Origin: a plasmid
Reading direction: 5' to 3' (one strand)
Length of the DNA: 64,000 bases
Sequence record: NZ_CP110904.1
The position numbers and the translations under genes are program-made. The notes beneath the pieces are model-generated. The model did not search any database. It saw only the letters and a program-made list of their open reading frames with translations, and had not been told where the DNA came from. This document shows positions 51,399-60,510 of the stretch, in pieces (positions within the stretch are counted from its first letter, which is position 1; every line of letters begins with the position of its first letter).

Positions 51399-52355
51399 AT
51401 GACTAATTATACTGATAATCAAAACTACGTTCGTGCAGTACTGGCAGACATTGGCATTGATTTTGATGAGACAGAGATTCATATCAATGTCTCTCACTGC
51501 CAGGGCGACGAGGTTTCTTTTTCTTGCAGTATATCAGCCAGTGAATTAAGACAGTCTGTGGACCATTATGCGGAAACGCTTAATGCTACTCAACTGGATG
51601 GACTGGATGCTAATACCCTCAAGAAGCGCCTGGTTTACTTCCTTGAGGTCTTCGACCAAGTTTCCGGTCAGTATCTGGATATCTCTGGTAAACACTACGC
51701 GACTAGCCGCTTTGAATACGATGATGTCTGTTGTGATATCCTAAGTCTTTCTGCGGATAGCACACAACCTGGTGGCTATGATCGTGAAGAATACAAAAAA
51801 CTGATGGAAGTTGATGGACAGGTTTTAATCGCCCGTTTTGCACTGGAACAATTCTGGAATACGCATTTTATTGGGCTTATCAACTATGTATCAGATGAAA
51901 TAACATCCGGTCTTCATGATGCTTATCGCACTTTCAGTGATATAAGCATGGCCGCTTATACATTTAGTGAGTATTCATATTCACGTCGAATTACCGACGA
52001 ACTGAGTCTGCATATTTCACTTCAAGAGGACGATTTCGACGATCAATTAACCGATTGTTATATGGATGAAACAACGCTGCCGTCCGGCAAAGTAGTTTTA
52101 CGTCGTAATAATGAATCGATTATTGATATTTATGAAAGTTATGCTGCAAAATCTTACTTTCATATGGTTGCTCATGTTCGAGTCCTTGATCAAGATGGTG
52201 AAGTCGTTAATGAACTTTACCAAGGGGTGAATGTATCTGAATTGACTGGTGGCCGGGTTAAAATCCATGACCGTCAGGATCTAATTTATGAAGTATTCTC
52301 CACATTACGTAAACTCATCCCCGCTACAGAGGTTAAAGTCTCCGTTGCGGCATGA
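51399..52355 (+). CDS. Hypothetical protein; paralog of the 50287-51222 product
   Basis: See the paralog above. RBS GAGGAAG precedes the ATG at 51399. Confidence 0.5.
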   Translation: MTNYTDNQNYVRAVLADIGIDFDETEIHINVSHCQGDEVSFSCSISASELRQSVDHYAETLNATQLDGLDANTLKKRLVYFLEVFDQVSGQYLDISGKHYATSRFEYDDVCCDILSLSADSTQPGGYDREEYKKLMEVDGQVLIARFALEQFWNTHFIGLINYVSDEITSGLHDAYRTFSDISMAAYTFSEYSYSRRITDELSLHISLQEDDFDDQLTDCYMDETTLPSGKVVLRRNNESIIDIYESYAAKSYFHMVAHVRVLDQDGEVVNELYQGVNVSELTGGRVKIHDRQDLIYEVFSTLRKLIPATEVKVSVAA

Positions 52356-52357
52356 GT

Positions 52358-52430
52358 GCTGAAGATAGTTTTATATCTTCAGTTTTTTATACTCCCAAGA
52401 AGGCACGGTTATCCGTGCCTTTTTTTATTC
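52358..52430 (+). terminator. Tandem rho-independent terminators
   Basis: CTGAAGATAgttttaTATCTTCAG followed by TTTTTT, then AGGCACGGttatCCGTGCCT followed by TTTTTTT. Confidence 0.75.
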
Positions 52431-52763
52431 CTCAAATCTGTTCTTTAATCCGCTATATTTCAACGTACTCATTGACCGATATGATTAACTGCATTGCTCT
52501 CCGGTCACAGCTCTTCATAAACCATCCGTTACCTTCCGCATCAACTCCAATCCAAAATTACACTCTTTCTGCTGCTTCCTTTCCTGCTCCGGTTAGTTTC
52601 AATTTTTTGACACGTGTTTCCGTTTCCGGCCGCAATCAGTCTACATGCTGGAGACTGCATAAATAAAATTTACTTACTTTGTTTTAGTTTCGCGAAAATA
52701 GGTCTCTTATCCGAAAAATGGAACGATAGAGATTTGTATACTGTTTAAAACAAAGGAGTGACT

Positions 52764-53033
52764 ATGCCTGCCACCATAAGTCTGAGCAATATCCCTGTGA
52801 ACTCGGTCTTTTCCCACGACCAAAGCCAGTTCTCTTATCGGCATGTTGATTTCAGTATTGAGTTGCTGCTTTCTTCGGGAAGTGACTCACAGCTGGAGTA
52901 TCTTTTTCTCAAACCGGCAGCTGAAGTAAAGGCCGATCTACAGCGTCGTTTAGGCCGTGGGGAACTCTTTGTGACAACAGACAGTTGCGACAATTTTAGC
53001 GAAGTCTATGGCTGTATGGGACACGATTGCTGA
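52764..53033 (+). CDS. Hypothetical small protein; first gene of a 9-gene operon
   Basis: RBS AAGGAG. ORF only. Confidence 0.4.
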   Translation: MPATISLSNIPVNSVFSHDQSQFSYRHVDFSIELLLSSGSDSQLEYLFLKPAAEVKADLQRRLGRGELFVTTDSCDNFSEVYGCMGHDC

Positions 53034-53094
53034 GGGCTTTATAAAGGCAGGCGTCCGATTTTATAACAATACGAGACACAAGCACCTAATGATG

Positions 53095-53679
53095 ACTGAA
53101 TCGTTCTATGACTGGGTTGTGTACTGCATCACGGGCGTAATAATGGCGTCGGCGCTCCTCGAAGGAAAAAGAACCCGTTTCCCGGCTGCATTTTTTTACG
53201 GAAGCATTGTGCTTCTGGTTGTTTTGATTGTGGCCGGTGGCCTGAACTGGTGGTTTTACCGGTCAAAATTCGGCTCAGTCGTCGTTATTTTTGCTGCTAC
53301 AACACTGTTAATGACCCGATTCAGGATGGTCATTTATGCGCTCAGGTTTCGGTCGCTGGTTGCAGGTCTGCAATCACACGTTAACAAGGGGTTCAGGATA
53401 ATCCTCGTTTTACCCGAAAATGAGGACGAGAAGATCGTATTAATGAGCATGTTGTCTAAAAAAATACCCGCAGGCGCGTTGTTTTATACCCAAACTGCTC
53501 TGGGTCCATATTCAGGGGATCTACTGCATGCATTGGGACAAAAACATCTTATGGGCGAAGGTTACCTGCTTCTCTGTGAGCAACAACTTCCTGCCCGAAC
53601 CTGGCTAAGCACTGTGGAAAACGGTGAACCAGAGACGTCTCTTGCAGTCAATTTTCATTCGATCCCTGATATGGAGTGA
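53095..53679 (+). CDS. Polytopic inner-membrane protein
   Basis: 3-4 TM segments. Listed ORF 53008 overlaps the upstream gene; the ATG at 53095 is more likely. Confidence 0.45.
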   Translation, partial: TESFYDWVVYCITGVIMASALLEGKRTRFPAAFFYGSIVLLVVLIVAGGLNWWFYRSKFGSVVVIFAATTLLMTRFRMVIYALRFRSLVAGLQSHVNKGFRIILVLPENEDEKIVLMSMLSKKIPAGALFYTQTALGPYSGDLLHALGQKHLMGEGYLLLCEQQLPARTWLSTVENGEPETSLAVNFHSIPDME

Positions 53680-53686
53680 TACCCCT

Positions 53687-53944
53687 ATGTACAATACCGA
53701 TTCACAGACCGTACCAGCTGACACCCTGTGTGAAAGCAGTTCTCAGGTGAAAATTCAGTTAAGTCGAAGTGCCTCCCGGGCGCTGACGACGGCGAAAGAA
53801 ATTCTTGAAACCCGGGGACTGGAATCTGTATCAACTGAAGATCTCGTTCGGGCATGCCTCGAAGAAAATCATCCTCTCGATCTGGCCAGCATCTATCTTG
53901 AGCATCGACTAAAACAGAAGGGGACCAGCATCTGCGAATTTTAG
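53687..53944 (+). CDS. Hypothetical small protein
   Basis: ORF only. Confidence 0.35.
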   Translation: MYNTDSQTVPADTLCESSSQVKIQLSRSASRALTTAKEILETRGLESVSTEDLVRACLEENHPLDLASIYLEHRLKQKGTSICEF

Positions 53945-54017
53945 CGTTTTGCAACCTATTGGGGAAAATCCGGAATGTGTTTAAATAGCTGTAAATAAAG
54001 CAATCTACAGGTAAATC

Positions 54018-54554
54018 ATGAAAAGCAATCTTCATCCTTTTGGAGCGTCTGGCACGAAACGAGTACTCAAAACGGACATTGCGTTGTCGCTGCTCTGTTG
54101 GATGTTTACCAGTCCCTTTAGCAACTGGACCGAAAAATATTTTACCGGCACAGAGGTGCCTGAAGCACCGATGCCCGAGTTGGGTCAGGCACCTGAGGCT
54201 ATCTTTCGATTTGTGCTTAATGATGATGGTTTTGATGTTGGTTATGACGCTGTGGGTATGGATCTCTGCTGTTTCTCTATCCCACTATCTGCAATGCCAA
54301 CAGTAAATCTCGACGAAGAAGAGACGTTATCCAGGCTGACTGGCGAAATGATCCACGGCGTACTGCTTTCTCTGCCTGAGTACCTTGAGATGCCAGACAG
54401 GCTTGTCTATCAGCTAAATGATGAGGTAATGGCGTTCAATTCACACTGTGGCAACGGAATTCTCCATGGATGGACGTCAGCGCAAGAGCTGTGGCGAAAC
54501 GAGATCTTGCCACGCACACCTATTTTGATGCAGCACACCTCAGTCATTCACTGA
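54018..54554 (+). CDS. Hypothetical protein (178 aa)
   Basis: ORF only. Confidence 0.45.
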   Translation: MKSNLHPFGASGTKRVLKTDIALSLLCWMFTSPFSNWTEKYFTGTEVPEAPMPELGQAPEAIFRFVLNDDGFDVGYDAVGMDLCCFSIPLSAMPTVNLDEEETLSRLTGEMIHGVLLSLPEYLEMPDRLVYQLNDEVMAFNSHCGNGILHGWTSAQELWRNEILPRTPILMQHTSVIH

Positions 54555-54570
54555 GTTCCGGGGGCTCTGG

Positions 54571-55017
54571 ATGAAAAAGCGACTTTACCTGTTGGAATGG
54601 AAACTTTGTGAGACACGAGCCTGGTTAGGATGGATGGTTTTTTGGTTGATCATCAGTTTTATGCTGTTATCTGCGATGTTGATGACAGGGCATTTGCTAA
54701 ACAAGTTTGTCCTAGCGCCCGTCTGGCTGTTTATCTGGTGCTCTCCCTGGTTATGCTTCTTGTTGAAGGTACGCGTGACCGAGATTGATAAAGGGCTGGT
54801 GAATACCCTTCAGCTCGGAGGTTTACCGGTTTGTCGGTGGAGCCGTCCTGTAGTTCCCGGCATTTGGTCTGTTGATCGAATGAACGGCCGCTACAGGCTG
54901 AACCGTATTGGCACGGATGGCCTAACGGTACATTATCCGTGGCGCTTGCATTATCAGCCTTTGTTCCTGACTCCGGATAACCAGATTTCTGATATTAACG
55001 GGGGTAAACATGAATGA
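54571..55017 (+). CDS. Membrane protein (2 TM)
   Basis: ORF with hydrophobic segments. Stop overlaps the next start. Confidence 0.45.
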   Translation: MKKRLYLLEWKLCETRAWLGWMVFWLIISFMLLSAMLMTGHLLNKFVLAPVWLFIWCSPWLCFLLKVRVTEIDKGLVNTLQLGGLPVCRWSRPVVPGIWSVDRMNGRYRLNRIGTDGLTVHYPWRLHYQPLFLTPDNQISDINGGKHE

Positions 55018-55618
55018 AAAATATGACGCTGTAGTGAGTGCAGCTACCTCCTGTCTGTTGTATGTCCGTGAAAACGGAAGGTCAGGCCTCGGGGAATGCC
55101 CGGTGGCGTATTCGAATGAACTCATCAACAGATGGCTTAGTTCGGCTGAACGTCGTAATTTGCATTCTCGTCAGTGTTTGCGTTCGATCCGAACCATTCT
55201 GAAGCAAGCCAGAAAGTGTCGTCAGCCTGATTTTAAGAGCGTGATGCATTTGCTGGTGGAAGGTAATGGCGTTATCCCGGATGTTACAGTATCGGATTTG
55301 GGTAATGTGCAGAGTATACGAAATGAACTTATTGGACTGGGCTGGTGGGTGAAGTTCGGTGTACCGCTGGACTGGCAGCGTATCAATCTGCAACACAGGC
55401 CTGTCAGTTTTGGCCTTTTGTCCGACCTTAATCGTTGTTTCAGGCATGACGGCCAGCAGGCTGAACCTCTGCCCCTTTATACAACAGGCAATTCCGATGA
55501 ACTGCGGAAGGTGTTGGAAAAGTACAGCTACCGGCTGCGTATCGCATCTTCAGAAGTGGTTGAGGATGTAACGGTGTTGCGCTGTTTTATTGAAACCGGA
55601 GTGATGAATGTCCAGTGA
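55010..55618 (+). CDS. Hypothetical protein (202 aa)
   Basis: Translationally coupled (ATGAATGA overlap). Confidence 0.45.
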   Translation: MNEKYDAVVSAATSCLLYVRENGRSGLGECPVAYSNELINRWLSSAERRNLHSRQCLRSIRTILKQARKCRQPDFKSVMHLLVEGNGVIPDVTVSDLGNVQSIRNELIGLGWWVKFGVPLDWQRINLQHRPVSFGLLSDLNRCFRHDGQQAEPLPLYTTGNSDELRKVLEKYSYRLRIASSEVVEDVTVLRCFIETGVMNVQ

Positions 55619-56567
55619 AAATTTACCTTTCTACCGTGATCGGATTCTGGAGCGAATTGAACAGCTCAGAGCCTTTCTGAATAACCATCAGCCGGTGATG
55701 GCGGAACTGATGACTGTGGGGGCCGTCACGCGCCACGAAGAGCGGCTGAAAGAGGTTACCCCAATTGAGGTGAGTACTATTTCTGATGCCTCTGTAGATG
55801 ACATTATCCGTGTATTTCAGGATTTTTGTATCGATGACATCGATGTACTCAGCAGGAATTCAACGAAAGTAACGACCAAATATCCGGGGCTGATTATTGT
55901 TCCTGAGGGTGCCGAACTGCTGAGCAGAATTATTCGCGATATCAACGACGCCAAAACTGACTTTGCCTCAGCTATGAAAAGGGTAAATGATGAGAAACAC
56001 ATCCGCTTTGAGGAAGTTCACCGTAAACTTCCCGGCCTTGTGACAGTGGCGTCTACTCGCAAAATTATGTTTGTGGAGGCACGGCTTAAAAAAGTTACTT
56101 TTTGCTGGCGACTAAACCGGAACCAGGTAAAAACCAACGCCAGTGAGCTCATCGCGATGCTGGATAAGCGTCGTACGGCAGCGGTCAAATCGCCAGCGAC
56201 CACTGACCTGACAGTGGTTGCGAACATCGATAGGGCGAAGGCATTACTTGAAAGAAAGGTCCTACAAGACGGGGATGCGTTACGTCTTTGTCGGACCAAT
56301 ACCTTCCCGGTTCCGATCGCGCATCTGTTCTCATACCGTCCTGAAGGCACGGAGCGTGGAAGTAGCAAATACGCCGAGACGGATTACAAGGTGGTGAAAG
56401 CCTCACTGCCCATTTTCGCTGTTGGACAAAAGCCAGCATTTAAAGGTCTTCAGAACTGGGTGCCTGCGTCGGATGACGCACCGTCAAATGCACGAAGGAT
56501 CAACCATAGCTACACGGAGCTTGTACCCGGTGCGGATCTTGGCATTTTCATTATGAGTAAGGTCTGA
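55608..56567 (+). CDS. tus: Tus-like replication terminus (Ter) binding protein
   Basis: [36 protein letters not shown] aligns with E. coli Tus [48 protein letters not shown] aligns with RPVKVQPIARVWY. 319 aa versus 309 aa for Tus. Confidence 0.7.
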   Translation: [319 protein letters not shown]

Positions 56568-56577
56568 GGAGAAAAGC

Positions 56578-57486
56578 ATGCAATGGATCTCCACTACCAG
56601 CCAGAAGCTCGATGAGAGACTTTATCGTGTCTGTGTCTGGGTGAAAAAATACCACGAGGACGCTATTAACCGTGTTGTATTGACGGTGGATCTCAGTAAA
56701 GCCCGACATGACCCGGGAGAGGATAAGGTACGGTCCGAGTTACTGTGTGGCCATTACTTTCTCATGAGGAAGGAAAACAATGCGAAATCGGCGCCAGCGG
56801 ATCAAAACTTTGAATTTTTACCTGACGGCCGCAACCTGAGCTGGCAGACGTCGACCCCGGGGCTTCAGCAGCTTCTGCTGAACAATAATGTACCGGAGTC
56901 CCTCAGGACCCTGGCTGATTATATTCACATGCGTCTGACCAAACTGACAATGGTCCCGATGTCGGGAACCATAATGAAAGCTGCACAGGAAGACAGTATC
57001 AGCTGGGTGAAAGTGGATCTGCGATATTTCTGGCAGTATGAACTGGTTGATTCCCATCTGGGACCTGTCCAGGTGTCTCATAAGGCGCTTGTGCGTTTTG
57101 GCCGTCTGGCTAAACACGATGAAAATGCCAGCGCTATTCGTATGCTTCGCCAGCGGTTGTCATCACCATTTATTCAGGAATATGAGATGCCTGAGGAGGA
57201 GCTGAAGCGTAAGCAACAGATCATGAATACCGCCGATGTGAAAATGCTTTTTCATGCTCATTATCCGGGGCAGAAATTGCTGTTGGCCCGGTATGCCAAT
57301 GGCTGGGTGCTGGTGGATTGTTTCCTGTTCCACCATATCAAACCCAAAAAGAAGGCGAAAAACAAAACCAAAGCAGGCAAATCAGAAACACAAAATATAA
57401 AAACGACGGGGAGTGAGGATCATGGAACTGGGCATTATGGTGTGCATCGTGTTGTTACTCTCACTGGCAGCGGTGTGGATCAGTAA
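56578..57486 (+). CDS. Hypothetical protein with basic K-rich C-terminus (302 aa)
   Basis: ORF only. Confidence 0.45.
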   Translation: MQWISTTSQKLDERLYRVCVWVKKYHEDAINRVVLTVDLSKARHDPGEDKVRSELLCGHYFLMRKENNAKSAPADQNFEFLPDGRNLSWQTSTPGLQQLLLNNNVPESLRTLADYIHMRLTKLTMVPMSGTIMKAAQEDSISWVKVDLRYFWQYELVDSHLGPVQVSHKALVRFGRLAKHDENASAIRMLRQRLSSPFIQEYEMPEEELKRKQQIMNTADVKMLFHAHYPGQKLLLARYANGWVLVDCFLFHHIKPKKKAKNKTKAGKSETQNIKTTGSEDHGTGHYGVHRVVTLTGSGVDQ

Positions 57487-57766
57487 CAAGGCGGTGGGAT
57501 TACTGGAAATCCATTATTTTAAGCGACCGCTGAGCATGGAATATGCGGCGTGGCTGAGGGTGATGTGTGCCGGTTTGTTGTTTATTTTTATCCAGATGGC
57601 CCCGGCATTCACGTTTCTGTATACGCTTAAGCTGGTGGCACTGTTAAACTTGGGTGTGCAAACTATGAAGCTTAACGGCGTTTATAAAATGAAACGCACA
57701 GGTATGCTGCCGCCGAAAGACGCCCTTCAGGATCTGAACCGGTTTAATCCTTTCCGTAAGAAATAA
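57422..57766 (+). CDS. Small membrane protein
   Basis: GAGGA RBS. 3 TM segments. Overlaps the end of the previous gene. Confidence 0.4.
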   Translation: MELGIMVCIVLLLSLAAVWISNKAVGLLEIHYFKRPLSMEYAAWLRVMCAGLLFIFIQMAPAFTFLYTLKLVALLNLGVQTMKLNGVYKMKRTGMLPPKDALQDLNRFNPFRKK

Positions 57767-57790
57767 CCCTCAGCAGCGCCCGCATGGGCG

Positions 57791-58981
57791 CTACTCATCC
57801 AGCGCTCCGCGCATGAATTGCGTCATCGCTTTTTTACCAGCTTCAATGTTACGGATATAGCGTGAAACCATCTCCGCGTTGCTCCAGTTACCCATCTCCA
57901 TGATCTGCAAGAGCGTATACCCGGCATGAGCAAGTTCGATGGCACCGCCTACGCGGACGCTGTGACCGGTCCAGCATCGGGTGCCCGTTTCCTGCGGATG
58001 AAGCTCTTCCCAAAGCGCTTCAAAGGCCCGGAGTAGCGTGTTCTTACTAAGCATACCCTCATCCTCGACGGGAATGGGTTCGCCATTTCCCCCGAGCGGG
58101 GTTCGGGTAGGCAGATAGGGCATGTTATGGTTTCTCAGCAGCGCATTGATTTCGTTACCCTGGCTTCGTAAACCCCATTCAGGTGGCATATATCCGTTAT
58201 CCTGAAAGTTAACGGCCTGAAAGAGATAGTCCTTCGGATGGCTGTATTGATCCCTTCCGACCATACCCATCAGCCTTCTCAGTGTGGCTGTGAGGTTAGG
58301 GGTCAGATGATAGGTGAGCAGGGTACTGACAGTGGATTTTGTCCGGTATACCGTCAAGGTAAAGCTGCCGGTCTTTTCATCCAGCACAAGGTCTTCCATC
58401 CGAATTCGCCTGATCTCCGCTGAGCGAAGCAGTGTTTCAAACCCTGTCCAAATTAGGCAAAGGTCGCGGAGTTTGCGCACCGACTGCGTCGTACTGTGTG
58501 CTTTAATCAATGCCTTTAGATCCGTCACCATGAATGGCGTAGCCTGGCGGGTAACTTTCTGCTTTCGGGCTTCAGCCTGTTCGAGGGCCGCAAGAATATA
58601 ACCCACTTCAGATGTGATGATCCCAGGCTGATCGAGTGCTTTCCTTTGGATACTGTTCAGGGCATGCAGGCACCCTTTAATACTGCTTCGTGACAGTGAC
58701 TTCTGAAGATGGTCTAAATAGGCCAGCAGTGGAGTTTCAGTCACCGGGAGAGAGCTGGCGGGCCAATCTTCGTTCACCTCCTTTCCTGCATTTGCCTGAT
58801 ACCACTCATTCCAGGAACGCAGCCAATGGAGATACGTCTTAGCCGTATGGTATTTCAGGTGAGAAAAATAGCGGATGAGGCGCATCAGTTGCTTGTCATT
58901 AACTTTAACCGTAGACAATTGTTGATGGAGATCGTTGTCTGCAAACCGTCTGGTTACTGGCTGGCTATTCATTGTGTCCAC
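57791..58981 (-). CDS. Tyrosine site-specific recombinase / integrase
   Basis: C-terminal catalytic region HSVRVGGAIELAHAGYTLLQIMEMGNWSNAEMVSRYIR carries the H-x-x-R...Y signature. 396 aa. Confidence 0.8.
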   Translation of the reverse strand: MDTMNSQPVTRRFADNDLHQQLSTVKVNDKQLMRLIRYFSHLKYHTAKTYLHWLRSWNEWYQANAGKEVNEDWPASSLPVTETPLLAYLDHLQKSLSRSSIKGCLHALNSIQRKALDQPGIITSEVGYILAALEQAEARKQKVTRQATPFMVTDLKALIKAHSTTQSVRKLRDLCLIWTGFETLLRSAEIRRIRMEDLVLDEKTGSFTLTVYRTKSTVSTLLTYHLTPNLTATLRRLMGMVGRDQYSHPKDYLFQAVNFQDNGYMPPEWGLRSQGNEINALLRNHNMPYLPTRTPLGGNGEPIPVEDEGMLSKNTLLRAFEALWEELHPQETGTRCWTGHSVRVGGAIELAHAGYTLLQIMEMGNWSNAEMVSRYIRNIEAGKKAMTQFMRGALDE

Positions 58982-59188
58982 CTGAATACACTGTTTTTAT
59001 TTACAGCCATTTTAGCATTGCGGTACCTGCTTATGAACAGGTTCCGGGCAACAAAAAAAGGGGGCCCGCCAGTTCAGCAACGAGCCGGAGTTATACGTCA
59101 AATAGTTGCAAAAAAAATTAGATTCCCGGAACAAATCCACATAAGATTGGGATACTGTACTTTTGCTGAAAATAACTTAAGGTTGACC

Positions 59189-59401
59189 ATGTCCGAAACT
59201 AAACAGGCGTATTTGATGAAATTTCGTAAGTGCTCTTCATTTGACACACTGGAAAAAGTATTTGAACGACTCTGTGAAAAGAATGTTGGTATAGTTTCAC
59301 TAGAAATTTCCGGGGCATATGACCATCGAAAAGCTGAATTGACAATGAAAAAACTCTACGATAAAGTCCCCGCCAGTGTATGGACCCTGGTTCGTCAGTA
59401 A
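59189..59401 (+). CDS. hha: Hha/YmoA-family haemolysin-expression-modulating protein
   Basis: MSETKQAYLMKFRKCSSFDTLEKVFERL...HRKAELTMKKLYDKVPASVWTLVR aligns along its length with E. coli Hha. The listed 191-aa ORF is a spurious N-terminal extension. Confidence 0.75.
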   Translation: MSETKQAYLMKFRKCSSFDTLEKVFERLCEKNVGIVSLEISGAYDHRKAELTMKKLYDKVPASVWTLVRQ

Positions 59402-59565
59402 AATGAAAATCCCGGGAACCATTATACAGCCGACGTTTAACAAAAAGAGGTTTATGAAATCGTCTGTTGAACATATAAATTTATTAAATTATTTATTACC
59501 ACCTCTGGGAATTAGTTTAATCAGAAAAGTAATAACTTCACTTAAAATGCTTTACTTGCTCTGTT

Positions 59566-60219
59566 GTGGTAAAACGCATGGGAATTAAACCTTTATTAAT
59601 TTTAACTCTTCCATTCATCTCCTTTTATTTAAACGCGGCGAGCCTAAACGAGTTCAGTCAAAAACTGGATGAAGGTTACCGTTACGCCTGTAACGCAACT
59701 CAGACGGGCAACGCAGAGGTTGCCTCTCTGGCGCTTGAGAACTACAGGGCAAATTTCACTACCTCAGACCCAAAAGTTGGTTTCAGCCAGATAATGAATG
59801 ATGAAATAAACAAGGTTGTCTCGAATTTTTTCAGAATGGGCATGATCCAGGGGAACACCAGTACTGCGGCCTGCGAGACGCCTTCGGAGTTGCTGAGTCA
59901 GACCGCTTTGGCGGTATATTCCCGACAGGAAAAGGCGGCGTTGGCATCGAGCCTTGATGCTGTCCGCTTCACTGAATATGCGGCGCAGGCCTACCCGATT
60001 TTTGATTCAATCCGGAGTACAAGCATCAGTGAGGATGAAGTAATTAATCAGATTAATAAAATTGGGAATAATGCAATTATAAATGACAAGAATGCTATTG
60101 ACGCCAGCAATGCGACAAGTGCGATGAAAAACGTAGTGACTGTACTTTTTTCTGCCCGGAGTGACCCGGAACTTATGCAATTTATGATGGGTTATATTGA
60201 TCAACACAAACTGCATTGA
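59566..60219 (+). CDS. Secreted protein (signal peptide), unknown function
   Basis: MVKRMGIKPLLILTLPFISFYLNAAS. Confidence 0.5.
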   Translation: MVKRMGIKPLLILTLPFISFYLNAASLNEFSQKLDEGYRYACNATQTGNAEVASLALENYRANFTTSDPKVGFSQIMNDEINKVVSNFFRMGMIQGNTSTAACETPSELLSQTALAVYSRQEKAALASSLDAVRFTEYAAQAYPIFDSIRSTSISEDEVINQINKIGNNAIINDKNAIDASNATSAMKNVVTVLFSARSDPELMQFMMGYIDQHKLH

Positions 60220-60510
60220 ATGTAGGGTCCAGTATTTATATTAAATCAGCTTTCGTCCTGAAAGTGAGCCCACTGTTGGAATGCTCACTAATTCCGGTTC
60301 CGTCCGTATTAATAAGTCTCACTGCTGGTGGAGGGACGGGCAACCGGAAAAGTAGCTTTTTACCAGCATAGAATTGCCATCGCTTTATCCATTTGCCCCT
60401 GCCACAGTAATAAAAGCAACTTAAAAACTCATGAAAAAAGACCTCTTATCGAAATGTCATACTGCTTTCGTCCGATATAGTGAATGTCTGTATGCTGCGG
60501 GGGAAATAAC

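Noticed and set aside
46920-52355. Integron-like cassette array (gene plus structured element repeated, tyrosine recombinase elsewhere in the window)
   Set aside because: The elements lie upstream of genes rather than downstream, and lack the attC core sites (RYYYAAC / GTTRRRY). The recombinase is 5 kb away on the other side of an unrelated operon, with no attI-like context.
898-56101. The AAAGTWACTTT palindrome as an artificial linker-insertion scar, or as a product of codon usage
   Set aside because: Copies occur in three different reading frames and in intergenic DNA. The sequence matches no common linker-scanning scar, and flanking sequences differ. Codon usage cannot explain the intergenic copies or the palindromic symmetry.
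58826-59188. 191-aa ORF extending upstream of the hha-like gene
   Set aside because: Only the C-terminal 70 residues align with Hha. The upstream part overlaps the recombinase promoter region and has no RBS. The true start is the ATG at 59189, which has a GGTTGACC-proximal RBS.
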